Shown: positions 32,924 to 45,337, counted from the stretch's first letter. The stretch: DNA of 45,337 bases from Eledone cirrhosa (GCA_964016885.1 CAXHJY010000990.1:1-45337); one strand, 5' to 3'. Made by a program: numbers and translations. Notes: generated from the letters alone by a model not told the origin.

Positions 32924-34857
32924 AAGGCGTTCGATAGGGTCGACCATGGTTACCTGGATGCGGTGCTAGCGGCGGCAGGCTTCGGACCCGTTTTCAGGGG
33001 CTGGATCACTGCTATGCACAGCAGCCGCATCTGCTCTAGGGTCAAGGTGAACGGCTACCTCTCGGAGCCGTTCAAAATCGCGCGGTCCATCCGACAAGGG
33101 TGCCCTCTCTCCTCCCTTCTGTATGTGTTGACTCTCGAGCCACTACTGCGGAAGTTGGAGTTGTTGCAGGGCATCCCTTTGGAACCGGGATTGCGGAAAG
33201 CGGTGTCGGCCTACGCCGATGACGTGACAGTAATGGTGTCGACGGCCTCCGAAATCGAGGCGGTCGGCACCTTACTGGAGGAGTACGAAAAGTTCACAGG
33301 GGCTAAGCTGAACCGGGACAAGTCGATCGGTTTGCAACTCGGCACGTGGAGGGGCAGACCGATGCCCTCCGATAGCGTCGTCGGACGCTGGACGGAGGGC
33401 CCGGTGAAGTTGCTCGGGGTCTGGTTCGGACCGGACCTCCAGGTGGAGAAAAACTGGGCGGAGGTTACGAACAGGGTGTTTGCACTGACCCAGAAGTGGG
33501 CCAGTTGCAAACTATCCCTGAAAGGTCGGGCGGAGGTGGCGAACACCTACATAGCGTCCGTCATCTACTACCGCCTGACCGTAGTGCCCTGCCCAAGGGA
33601 AACCCTCACCAAGATGGAGCGCGCGCTCTTCCAATTCCTTTGGAAGAGGCGGGCTCCTATGGTGAGGAGATCCATCTGCTGTCAACACCCTTCGAAAGGA
33701 GGGCCGGGGATGCCGTGGCTAATGATGCGTAAACACGCATTAAGGCTACGGCACCTCTATGTATTCCTCACCGGACAACCGGTGTGGGCCTCGTTTGTGA
33801 GACGAACCTTTCCCAGACTCGTCTCACTCACCGAGCTGCAATCCTGGGTCAAGCAAAGACCGAGAAAACTGGGCGCCTGGCACACTGAGTGTGCCCAGGC
33901 GCTCACCGCCCTCTGGCAGGCGGATCCGGTTGTCAGTGGAGACTCCACCGCAACATTCTATAGAGGGCTGGTACGCAGCAGGTGCGACGACGCCCTCGGA
34001 GAAGCCCTAGACATTGAGGAGGACGAACTGGCCAGCCTGTTCGGTAGGACATTCAGCCCGGGACCTATGGACAACTTCCAGAAGTCCCTGGCCTGGCAGT
34101 GCTACCGAGGGGCTTTACCCGTTCGAGAAAGGCTCTACAGACACGGGCGCCCGGGTAGGGACCCCGCCAAAAAGATCTGTCCCAGATGCGTGTGCGACGA
34201 GGAAACCGTTGCACACGCATTAGTACACTGCTCGGGCGTAGCCGATCTGTGGGGCTATGTCGAACAACTGCTGTCAAGGGTGGGACCGATCCGGTTGACC
34301 ACCGAGTCTATTGTAATGATCAAGCCGCCTCCCCCCTTCAAAGATGAAGCAGAGGCGGTGTTTCTGTGCGTAATAGCCATGGCGAAAGAGGTTGTATGGT
34401 GGACGCGTCTGAAAGGACTGAGGTCGGGCACCTTTCTCTCTGGCCAACAACTGGTCCGTTTCTTCCGATATCATTTCGGAAGAAGGATCAGGATGGAGAG
34501 AGAGGTGCTGCACCCCAGCCGTTTCTATGAAAGATGGGTGAAAGTGGCGAGAATGGCCCGTGTGAATGGGCCTTCACTCTACATCAGACTATAGGTGAGG
34601 AAGATGAAAGACCAAGGGAGCACCCCTTCTCTGTGCTCCTGAGGAGAAGGGTTGCACACTTTTTTCGGGGGTGTGTGCGACCCCCCAAGGCGCCTCCTCT
34701 CTATTGAGGATTTTGTTAAAAATTTTATTTTTTGTTATATCTTATTTTATTTTTATATTTTGTTATTGCCTCCTCCTTATTGAGGACGCCTTTTTGTGTA
34801 AACTCCCCCCTTTGTACTTGTCCCACTTTTGATGCCCTAGTGGCAAATAAAAGAAAT
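32924..34857 (+). mobile_element. 5'-truncated Tx1/L1-clade LINE (RT, zf-RVT, 3' UTR) in a (TATC)n microsatellite, antisense in an SLC17 intron
   Basis: Open frame KAFDRVDH...RQGCPLS...YADD...LSLKGRA...CPRC-x8-H-x4-C to TAG at 34594; AATAAA at 34846-34851; (TATC)n on both sides. Confidence 0.92.
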
Positions 34858-34858
34858 A

Positions 34859-34939
<81 letters not shown>

Positions 34940-35332
34940 GTCTGTTTATCTGACTGTTCATTCATCTATCCATCCATCCATATATGTGTGTGTATGTGTA
35001 TGTATATTTGTATGAGTGTATATATACATATATGTGTGGGTGTACATGTGTATATGCATGTGTGTGTGTATATATGTGTGTGCATATGCATATGTGTGTA
35101 TTTGTGCATAATTTAACAATAGTTCTTGCATAAAATTATCATAAACATTTTTTAGATAAATTTTGTATCCAAGAATAAGAAGCAGTTCTAGGTGGTGTTG
35201 TATCCTAGAATCACAGACATTTTGAGATATAAATAGACTTTAATACAGAACCAAATGTTTGGTAGGAGCAACACAGTGGCTTCCTGTCATGTAGGGTATA
35301 AGAAAAAATGTTTGTGATTGGATTTCTCTTAC

Positions 35333-35465
35333 CTGAACAGGTAAATAGTTTACGTGTAATGGTTGTTGATAAGGTTGTAGTGGACCTCAGGAAATCAGCC
35401 AATTGACCAGCTCCAAGAACAACAAACCCCATCACCAGGTAAGGAAGGGCTGCAATGAAGCCAGT
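35333..35465 (-). CDS. SLC17A5: SLC17A5-like exon (133 bp): TGFIAALPYLVMGFVVLGAGQLADFLRSTTTLSTTITRKLFTCS-
   Basis: Acceptor ctcattccag|ACT, donor TCAG|gtaaga; phase 0 to 1. Confidence 0.9.
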
Positions 35466-35496
35466 CTGGAATGAGAAAATAATAAGAGTGTCTGAT

Positions 35497-35832
35497 TTAG
35501 GTACAAGGTCAACAATTTTGGGGAGTGGGGAAAGTTGATTAAATTGACCTCAGTGCATTACTGGTACTTTATTTTATTGACCCTATAATGTGCAGTTCTA
35601 GAAAATTTGACTGTGTCCATCATGGAATTTCAGTGAGCCTTAACAATTCTAGTAAGAATCACCCCCCCCCCCCCCCAGTATGCGACTGGTACTTTTTTTT
35701 ATCAACCTCGAAAGAATGAAAGGTAAAGTAGATGTTGATATTGGTGTGTTTTGAACTCAGATTATAAAGAGTTGAGGTGAAAAGTGTAAAACATTCTATC
35801 TAAAGTTCCAACTCCTCTGCCAATTTATCACC
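35497..35832 (-). mobile_element. Two tandem fragments of the 37123 SINE family
   Basis: ACTGGTACTTT...ATCAACC...GAATGAAAGGTAAAG...TTTGAACTCAG. Confidence 0.6.
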
Positions 35833-36437
35833 TATAAAGATCAATAATTGATTGACATAGATAAATAAAATCTGAACATAACATTGATTGTTTACTATGG
35901 TAAACATGTGTATAATTGTACTAATAACAACAGGTAGATCAAGCATGTTGTGACAGGTAAATAGTCTTGTACAGGTGTCGGTAATACTTTTACCTTGTTG
36001 AGGTTTACCAACTATTCCGAGCTGATGTTGTCATTGTTTAACACCAGGGCAGCTTACCATATTTCTAAGATAAAAGGATGAGATTTGAGGGAGATTTGAC
36101 TGCAATTATTAGCAGTTTGAGTCACTGTGTAGCTGCTTCTTTGTGTAACTTCACTGGAATAGTTCTGAAAACAAATATACTGTTTCTTGAACCTAAGTGG
36201 AGCTTACATTAATTTCATGTGGTATTAACTGACTGAGAGTTACAAGACTTGCCCCTGGATGGGATGCTAGTCTGTTGCAAGGTTAACTCCACAACTGTTG
36301 TTACTCATGTGAAATGAAGTGACTGTCTGGGTATTGAACCTACAGTCTTAAGTGTCAGCCTTAAACACTAAGCCACACAACCTTGACAAGAATTAAGAAT
36401 AAATTAAGATATATATATATAAATAAATGATACAAAC

Positions 36438-36587
36438 CTGTTGGATGTCATATTGCATAATAGTGTGCATGTATGATGGAAGTTCAGTAAGCCAAGTGTA
36501 GAATCCCCAGTTTTCAGAAAAATGGGCGATAACAATGGCCCAAACTGGCACAGAGGATAGAATCTTGACCCATGGGGGCTTCAGGTT
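36438..36587 (-). CDS. SLC17A5: SLC17A5-like exon (150 bp): [50 protein letters not shown]
   Basis: Acceptor cactacag|AAC, donor CAG|gtttgt; phase 0 to 0. Confidence 0.9.
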
Positions 36588-36793
36588 CTGTAGTGAAATG
36601 ATAAAAAAAAGTCCTTCAGTTAGTGTTAATTTCAAATATGGATATAATATATATATATATATACATACATATAAAATAAGAGTGGAATTACCCAGACTTA
36701 TTTTGGTAAGGTGCAAGCTTACCTCCATTGAAACATTTGTAGAGATTAAAAATGAAATTTGATTAACAACCTTAGTTTCTCATTTTACAGTAA

Positions 36794-36845
<52 letters not shown>

Positions 36846-37122
36846 GCACACATACACACACACATATGTATATATATATATATATATATAATCATCATCA
36901 TCACCATAATCACCATTACCTGTATATAACTGACTGGCACTAACAACATTAACACTCCCCAACATTAAAACTATATAGAAATAACCAGACAGAAATAATA
37001 TCAAAATAGACAATTCTGAAGTGTCAGAGCTTTTAACACTGTTTCAAGTTTGGAAACAAGTGTGAAATATTTGCTTCTCTCTTGTCTTTCCTTTAGTTTA
37101 TTGTTTTTATTATTTAGTCACC

Positions 37123-37345
37123 AGGGCGGTAGATTGCCAGAGTCAGTAGAGCGTCGGACAACATGCTGTGTGGTATATAGTTACGGCCCTTTGTGATCTG
37201 AGTTCAAATCCTGCCGGGGTTAGCTTTGCCTTCCATCAATTCTCGGTCGATAAAATAATATACAAGTAATGTACTGGGGTCGATTTAGTCAACTTTCCCC
37301 TTCCCCCAAATTATTGGCCTTCTGCCTGAATCAGAAACAATTATT
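37123..37345 (+). mobile_element. tRNA-derived SINE, 'GAGTTCAAAT...TTTGCCTTTCATCC...TCGATAAAAT..TACCAG' family
   Basis: Near full-length copy; homologous copies are listed separately. Confidence 0.75.
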
Positions 37346-37454
37346 TAATCACATATAGACACATATAGACACATATATACAGATATAGTCACATATATAT
37401 ATAGTCACATACACACATATAGTCACATATATACAGATATACACACACATATAC

Positions 37455-37488
<34 letters not shown>

Positions 37489-37666
37489 TTATAAATATAT
37501 TTATATATGTATGTATGTATACACATGGCAGTCAGTCTGTATTTCATTTTCAATGGGTAATATATATGTGTATATATACACACAATTATTTATATATACA
37601 CACACACATATATATATATATATATATGCTAGCATGGAAAATGGACGTTAAACGATGATGATGGTG

Positions 37667-37698
<32 letters not shown>

Positions 37699-39094
37699 TA
37701 CACACTTATAAATATATGTCTACACAAACACAGAGAGAGAGAGAGAGGAGGACATTGTCTCCCCTAACATTAATATTTCATGACAGTTGTCTATCTGCCA
37801 ACAGACTGAGGACAGTGTGTCTTTAGTTTGGACCAATCCCATGATGCAGCATTATTAATTGGTCAGTTCCATGATTGGTTCAGTTGGTCAGTGGCTTAGT
37901 CTATCTTTTGTCCATTTGTTGGCAATGTCAGACAGCTTTAGCTGATGCTAATGTTTTCCACAGCTTTGTCTATAGCAAATGGTCATTTGGGGAAATTGAT
38001 GTTTCTGTGTATGTCTGTGTATCTGTGTGTGTGTGAGTGTGAGTCTGTGTGTCTTTGTGTGTGTATGTATGTGTGTGTATGTATATATGTGTGCATATGT
38101 GTATGTATGCGTATGAATGTGACTGAGATATAATTGGTATGTAACTGACTTTTGTAACTGGAATATGACTGTCATGTGACTTGGTGTGACTGTGATGTAA
38201 CTGGGATGTGACTGGATTACAAAGGGACTGTAACAGTTTTTGCAACTGGTGTTGTGAATGTGTTGTGACTGTGTGGTGACTGTGTAGCAACTGGTGTTGT
38301 GACTGTTGTTGTGACTGTGTTGTGACTGTTGTGGCCAGCATACAATACAACTAGGATATCACCAGTTTTACCAATATATATATTTGGGGGGGACTTTGGG
38401 TAAGGAGGTGGGGTGGAAGGGGGAGGTGGTGGCAGCAGCGGCGGGGGTAGGCGTGAAGGAAGCGGAGGTGATAGTATCGTTCAGGTGGTGGTGGTGGCGG
38501 TGGGCAGGAGGGGGTGATTGGATATTGGAACCATTCAATAATGCTGGACAGCTCAGACATTAAAATAAGAAACGAGAAATAATGTAAAAAAAAAACAAAC
38601 AAAAAAAAACAATCCTAAATAAAAGAAAACAACATAAAAATGAAGAAACAGATTAAAAATATAAAAAAAAAGGAAAATGGAAGTCATGTGATGTTTAATT
38701 CATGCTTCATTGATTTTTGATTTTGTCAATGTTTATTGTTTTGTTTTATTGTTTGTTTTGAAGGAGTGGGGGTGGGGAGAGAGAGGGGGAAGGATAGCAG
38801 GAGAGTGTTTGTGTGTATGAGAGGGGGGGGGGGGGTTAGAAAGAGAGAGTGGTACTTGTGTGTGAGAGAGAGTGAGGTAGAGAAAGGATGTGACAGTTGA
38901 GAGTCAGTGAGAGAGTGTGAGACAGAGAAGGGGGAAGATTGAGTGAGAGAGGATGAGAGACAGACTGAATGTGAAGGAGAGAGAGAGGGAGGATGAGTAA
39001 GGGAGAGAGAGAGGTGGGGACTATAATGAGGTTTTATCAAAGGGAAATATTGAATATATTTTGGCAACAGAACACAACTAGGGAAAGGTGAACA

Positions 39095-39194
39095 TATGTA
39101 TACACACATATATGTATGTATACACACATATATGTATGTGTATATACATATGTATATATATATATGTGTGTATATATATATATATGTGTGTGTG

Positions 39195-39225
<31 letters not shown>

Positions 39226-39590
39226 GTGTGTGTATATATATATGTGTGTATATATATATATATATGTGTGTGTATATATATATGTGTGTATATATATATG
39301 TGTGTGTGTGTATATATATATATGTGTGTGTATGTGTGTGTGTATATGTATAGTGAGAGTTTCCATATAATATTAGGTGCGTATATATCTGTGTGTATGT
39401 GGAGAGTGAGAAAGACATTATATGATATATATACACACCTGGACTGTTTGATGAGTGTGTGTGTGGAGAGAGGGGGGGGTGCGAGGGGCATTACATAATA
39501 ATGTGCATATATGTATATACACAAACACACATATATACACACACACATATATATACACACACACACATATACACACACACACATATATAT

Positions 39591-39629
<39 letters not shown>

Positions 39630-39654
39630 AACACACACACACATACATATATAT

Positions 39655-39707
<53 letters not shown>
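39095..39707. repeat. (TA/TG)n and (CA/TA)n microsatellite cluster
   Basis: Direct inspection. Confidence 0.9.
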
Positions 39708-39711
<4 letters not shown>

Positions 39712-40032
39712 TAAAATAAGAAAAGCAGTAAAAAATGCTAATGGAATTTTCTCATAGAATAACAGCAAAACATTTATTTACAAAAAAGGAATTTATTGTA
39801 CTGGTTTCAGCCAAAAGTTGTAGGCTTCTTCGTGCTACAGAAGGGTATAATAAAATGTATAATGGAGTTAAGGTGTATAATGATAAGAATATAGCATAAG
39901 AGAACATGGTCTACATACATATGGATATATAAATGAGTTCACATCTTTGTTTATCGTTTATTTATTTCTCTCCTTCTTGGTGGTTTGAAAGGAGGAGAGA
40001 AAGAGAGAAAACGATAAACGGAAATGTGAAAA

Positions 40033-40208
40033 GGGCAAAGTTGATTAAATCAATCCCAGTATATTACTGGTACTTTATTTTATCGATCTCGTAAGGATGA
40101 AAGGCAAAGCTAACCTCGGCGTGATTTGAACTTAGAATGTAAAGGGCCACAACTATATGTAGCAAAGCATGTTGCCTGATGCTCTACTGATTCTGCCAAA
40201 TCCACCAT
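40033..40208 (-). mobile_element. SINE copy (37123 family)
   Basis: Same diagnostic central motif, reverse orientation. Confidence 0.75.
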
Positions 40209-40331
40209 CCTTTTAATAGCAGCAATAATGACAGCAACAGAAGGACAGATTTCATTAATCTGTTAATTGGGAATTAACTTATATTTAACGAGGATATGGT
40301 AGTGAAGACAGTGTGTGAGAGTATATGATAC

Positions 40332-40465
40332 CTTGGTTTGTTCAATACCGTAGCCAATACTGTGTTGTATGAACTCCAGCTCTTCCTGAGATATGTGTTT
40401 ATGGTCAGATGGAGATTCACTTACAAAATAACACCAGAACGCAAACCATATGATAGCCACAGCAC
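40332..40465 (-). CDS. SLC17A5: SLC17A5-like exon (134 bp): GAVAIIWFAFWCYFVSESPSDHKHISQEELEFIQHSIGYGIEQTK
   Basis: Acceptor tttttctccag|GT, donor AAG|gtatca; phase 1 to 0. Confidence 0.9.
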
Positions 40466-41137
40466 CTGGAGAAAAATAAATAGATAGATAGATGGATGGA
40501 TAGATAGATAGGTGGGTTAATAGATAGTTTAATAGAGAGACAGACATATATATATTCTCCACCCTGTCAGCCGGGACCCAGAGACAGAGGGTAGTGGAGG
40601 ATACCCGTTGGGACGTCACTTTCCCACCTGTATTGAGAGCCTTTCTTCAATCCATTCATTTCATATAATATGAAAACCTAGAAAACCTGAATGTAATTGT
40701 TTCATTAACTTCATCAGATTTATATTTATATCACTTTTCTTTCCTTATTTCATCACAAGTCCCTTGCTTTAAAGTATTTATCTCTCTATTTAATTATTCA
40801 GTTTTCATAAAATTAACTTAACGAGCTTCCATTTTCTAAAATAAAATAAAATTAAATGAAATTTAAAAAATAATAAAAAAAAAAAATGATGTGTGAATAT
40901 AAATATTTTAAAATATTTTATATTTTATTTTATTTGAATAAAGGATACTGAAGAGAGAAAAAAAGGGATAGGTGTTGGTGTGTGGTGGGAGGGGAGTGAA
41001 TATAAAATTAAGAAAAAATTAAGAAAAAGTAAAGAAAAAAAGAAAATAGGTGTTGATTCCAGCATTGGTGTAGAAGAAATCAGTTGGTCTTGTTTTAAAA
41101 GGCAGTGATCAAACACATCTAGGTGATATATATATGT

Positions 41138-41578
41138 ATCATCATCATCATCATCATTTTATGTTCGTTCTTCAACGCTAGCATGGGTTAGACAGGTTGT
41201 CCTGTTGTGGGCAGTGTCCGGTCAGCTGACCATGCTAGCTCATACGGGAACCGATTCTGGCTTGATTTCTATAGCTGGATGCCCTTCCTAACACCAACCT
41301 CATTTACTGTGAGTGCTGGATGCTTTATTCCGTGGCGCCTACATGTCTACTTTACAGTGTGGGTTGGGTGCTTTTTTGCCATGACACCTCCACGACCACT
41401 TTGCAGTGGAATGATAGGGACCCCAATCCTATCATCTCATTTTTACAGTTGAGTAAACTGGAGCAATGTGAAATAAAGTGTCTTGCTCATGGAAACAACA
41501 CATCACCTGGTCTGAGAATTGAATTCACAACCTTTCAATTGCAAGCCCAATGCTCTAACCACTAAGCCATGTGCCTCC
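41138..41578 (-). mobile_element. Near full-length tRNA-derived SINE with RTE tail (same family as 27617-27943)
   Basis: Reverse complement aligns to the 27617 copy, and its 3' part to the RTE 3' UTR at about 42700-42952. Confidence 0.8.
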
Positions 41579-41607
41579 ATATATATACATATTCCTCCAC
41601 ACACATA

Positions 41608-41649
<42 letters not shown>

Positions 41650-41658
41650 TATATATAT

Positions 41659-42952
41659 AAAATTCCAAACATGGAAGCATGGCCTAGAATCAAAAGGCCT
41701 TAAAGTTAACTTGTCTAAGACTAAAGTTCTAGTTTGTAGGAAGGAAAATGGGGCACCGGTCCCATCTGGGAAATGGCCATGCTCAGTGTGTAGGAAAGGA
41801 GTAGGTAGAAACTCCATTTTATGTCCCAAATGCAAAGTATGGGTACATAAAAGATGTAGTGGGATCACAGGTAAACTATCTAAGAATATAGATTTTATAT
41901 GTGGCCGGTGCTCTGGTGCAATAAGTAGCAGCAAGTGCCCACAGAATACTAACTCATTCCATTGCACAGATGGTTCTATAGAAATAGTGGACAGCTTCCG
42001 TTACCTGGGTGATAAAATCAGCAGTGGGGGAGGGTGCTCTGAAAGTACAGTAGCTAGGGTCAGAACGGGATGGAAAAAGTTCAGAGAGCTTATACCACTA
42101 TTGGCCGCTAAAGAGTTCTCTCTAAAAATGAAAGGCAGGCTGTATGATGCCTGCATACGAACAGCAATGTTACATGGCAGTGAGACCTGGGCATTGTGTG
42201 CAGAGGATATACGCAGACTGGAGAGAAACGAAGCTTGCATGCTCCGCTGGATGTGTAATAGTAACATACGTGAACGGCAAAGCATAAACGTACTAAGGGA
42301 GAAATTAGAAATAAGAGGGATCAGATGTTGTTTACTCGAGAGAAGACTACATTGGTATAGTGACATGATGCGCTTGAAAGACGACAGCTGTATAAAAAAG
42401 TGCAGGGCAATAAAAATAGACGGTAGCCACGGGGTAGGCAGACCCAGAAAAACCTGGGACGACTTGATAAATTCCGACCTCACACACTTACACCTCTCCA
42501 AGACAATGTCACTGGACCGAGAGCTTTGGCGCTACACAGTAATAGAGAAGACCCACCTTACCTAAGTACAAAGTGAAACCTACTACAGTCAGTAGGCACC
42601 TCTAACAAAATATACCCCCGTCCCATTACCCCCACCCCATCCACACCACCCCTTCAATGTAAAGTTATGTTGGTGTCACAACATCCAGCCCGAAACAAAT
42701 GAGGTCGTGTAGGTGTCACGACAAAAAAACACACAGTCGACGCTGTAATGTGGCCATGTAGGCAACACGGTAAAAACCTCCCAGCCCCACACTGTAAATG
42801 TGGTTGGTGTTAGGAAGGGCATCCAGCTGTAGAAAACCCACCAGACAGTCCTATGCGAGCAAGACAACCACTCTTGCCTCAAATGGGAAAACCCCCGTCC
42901 AAACCCATGCAAGCGTGGAACACGGACGTTAAACGTTGATGATGATGATGAT
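41659..42952 (+). mobile_element. 5'-truncated RTE-clade LINE with PHD-type finger, 3' UTR and (GAT)n tail
   Basis: GLKVNLSKTKVL, FRYLGD, MLHGSETWAL, GRPRKTW motifs; stop at 42565; UTR ends AACCCATGCAAGCGTGGAACACGGACGTTAAACG..(GAT)n. Confidence 0.9.
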
Positions 42953-42963
42953 AATATATATAT

Positions 42964-43015
<52 letters not shown>

Positions 43016-43052
43016 GAGGAACATGTATATATATGTATATAAATCTACTCAC

Positions 43053-43142
43053 CCCAGAAATAGAATATAGATGGCCATCCTACTGAGGACTTTGCCAGAA
43101 CACCTGATATTGGTAAAGATACCACTGTACCAAAGTAGGAAC
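43053..43142 (-). CDS. SLC17A5: SLC17A5-like exon (90 bp): GSYFGTVVSLPISGVLAKSSVGWPSIFYFW-G
   Basis: Acceptor tttttacag|GT, donor TGGG|gtgagt; phase 1 to 1; not present in the ORF track. Confidence 0.9.
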
Positions 43143-43424
43143 CTGTAAAAATACAAGAACAATCATAAGTCTTTAAAAATAATGTCTAATTATACAGTGG
43201 AAATTTAGCAATATACATATACCATTAAATGCTGACCCTTAGATCATCTTTTTTTGTTTTTGTCCCATAACTCCTGATGGAATCATTGGGGTACGTATTG
43301 AAATATGGCATTTCTAGGGCATTTTAAAACCTGGCAGAGTCCATCTCCTTTCCAGGTCTCAATACAGTAGATTTCTTCCAGAGAAGGATAGAGAGAGAAA
43401 GAGATATAGAGGAAGAATTGGCCT

Positions 43425-43572
43425 CCAGTACTAGACTGGTACATTTTTTTTTATCGACCTCGAATGAATGAAAGGCAAAGTTGACTTTGGCAGAATTTGA
43501 ATTCAGAGAGCCAAAACAGACACGACAGAACATTCTATCTGATGGTCTAATGAATCTGTCAATTCACTGCCT
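43425..43572 (-). mobile_element. SINE copy (37123 family)
   Basis: ACTGGTAC...ATCGACCTCGAATGAATGAAAGGCAAAGTTGACTTTGGCAGAATTTGAATTCAG. Confidence 0.7.
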
Positions 43573-44034
43573 TCACTCTTAGAGCATCAAAATAATACAC
43601 AGACAAATACTTTCTGTAGTCTTTGCCCCCTAGAATGACTATCGGTCTTGAAACATTAAACCTAAATATTGAATAAGCACACAGAATTAATTGCTCCATG
43701 CTCTCATAGGGGTAGGTACTGATTTAAAACCCATAGCAACATCTAAACAGAATTAACATGAAATTTTCATTGAATATATTTTCTCTCCATTTTTTTCTTT
43801 TCTCCTCAAATAATATTTCATTGCTTGATTAGAAATAACATTAGGATGACCTCTCATATACAGAAATCTCCTGTGTTTTTCCTAAATGAATGCAAATACT
43901 GCATGTCAATAAACTTAAATATTCCTGCTAACCAAAATAGGCCATTTTCAAAAGGAATAGGAATTTTTTCTTACATAAATTCGCATAGCAACTATCAGCA
44001 CATGCAAATGTATACATATATAGCTTTCAACAGG

Positions 44035-44673
44035 ACACAAACACACACACTCATACACACACTCATACACACACTCATACATACACACACTCATACACAC
44101 TCATACACACACTCGTACACACACACACTCAGACACACACTCAGACACACACATACACACACACATACACACCCTCATACACACACACACACTCAGACAC
44201 ACTCATACACACACTCATACACACACACATACACACACTCATACACACACACATACACACACACTCATACACACACACACTCATACACACACACACTCAT
44301 ACACACACACACTCATACACACACACACTCATACACACACACACTCATACACACACACTCATACACACTCATACACACACACATACACACCCTCATACAG
44401 ACACTCATACACACACACACACTCAGACACAGTCATACACACACTCATACACACACACACTCAGACACACAAACATACATATATACAAGGACACACGGAC
44501 ACACGCACATATACACAGACAAGCACACATTCACTACAAACTTACACACACACTCACACACTCAGACACACACTCATACATATATACAAGGACACACACA
44601 TACATACATCAATACACATATCAAGCTGTTCAAATGAATATGCTAGCACATAAACATTAAATAGTTCAAAGGA

Positions 44674-44709
<36 letters not shown>

Positions 44710-44790
44710 CATACAAACATACACTATTATACACCAATGTACAAACATACACACACTCACACATACACAGACACACAGACAAACACACAG
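44035..44790. repeat. (CA)n/CTCATA compound repeat
   Basis: Direct inspection. Confidence 0.9.
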
Positions 44791-44934
44791 ACATGTTTAT
44801 TGCAGTTGCAGTCCCAACTGCACATCAGTGATTCCCCCCTCCCCACACACACACATACACATATATATATAGGAAAAGTTCAGGACCCCGACGGCAGAGC
44901 TCAAGCCGTTTCGACGACTATTTCTGGACTAATA

Positions 44935-44997
<63 letters not shown>

Positions 44998-45110
44998 ACA
45001 CACACATATATAAATGTATATATATATATATGTGTGTGTGTATGTGTGTGTGTATGTATAGCCTTACACCAATGTAGGAATGTGTGAGTGTTTGACAACA
45101 GCTCTCTTAC

Positions 45111-45198
45111 CTGAAAATGCAATGGTGGCCAGTTTTGTCTTTTCAAGCGGCGGAGCCCATTTTGCCCACAGGGCATGGATGGATGGATATGTGATTCC
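45111..45198 (-). CDS. SLC17A5: SLC17A5-like exon (88 bp): [30 protein letters not shown]
   Basis: Acceptor tttaacag|GGA, donor TCAG|gtaaga; WAPPxE motif; phase 0 to 1. Confidence 0.9.
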
Positions 45199-45337
45199 CT
45201 GTTAAATAGAAATACAACAACAATAACAACACAAGTATCAACATTAACTCCCCTTCCCCTCCCATCATCATCATCATCATCGATGGGTGTTGTAGCAATA
45301 TACACATAATGAAGCACAGGTGTATATAGCTAACACA

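Noticed and set aside
40688-40725. Minus-strand CTGATGA...GAAAC hammerhead-like spacing
   Set aside because: Stem II is at most 1 bp and no valid UH plus stem I register exists

Overview
Eukaryotic, very AT-rich, microsatellite-saturated genomic DNA. The repeat content (RTE/CR1/Tx1 LINEs, tRNA-derived SINEs, huge (TA)n-type arrays) suggests an octopod cephalopod; this is inference from repeat style. Two protein-coding genes are well supported, both on the minus strand. One is a NAD(P)HX epimerase (NAXE/APOA1BP, 3787-4569) with an intron-free CDS. The other is the last eight coding exons of a sialin-like SLC17 transporter (45198 down to the stop at 21461); all junctions are GT-AG and in phase, and the 5' exons lie beyond the window. 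Three 5'-truncated LINEs with open frames sit in microsatellites: CR1-like (12030-13252), Tx1/L1-like in (TATC)n (32924-34857), and RTE with a PHD finger inside the RT (41659-42952). There are also decayed RTE, Penelope and Tigger relics and many SINEs. The most notable unannotated signals are minimal type-I hammerhead ribozyme motifs in Penelope-LTR/retrozyme-like short elements, one with an intact core on the sense strand of the SLC17 last intron. Also notable are several long hairpins, a foldback repeat family and a CLEAR/ARE motif cluster. Nearly all long ORFs in the supplied track are microsatellite artefacts. Repeat boundaries are approximate.
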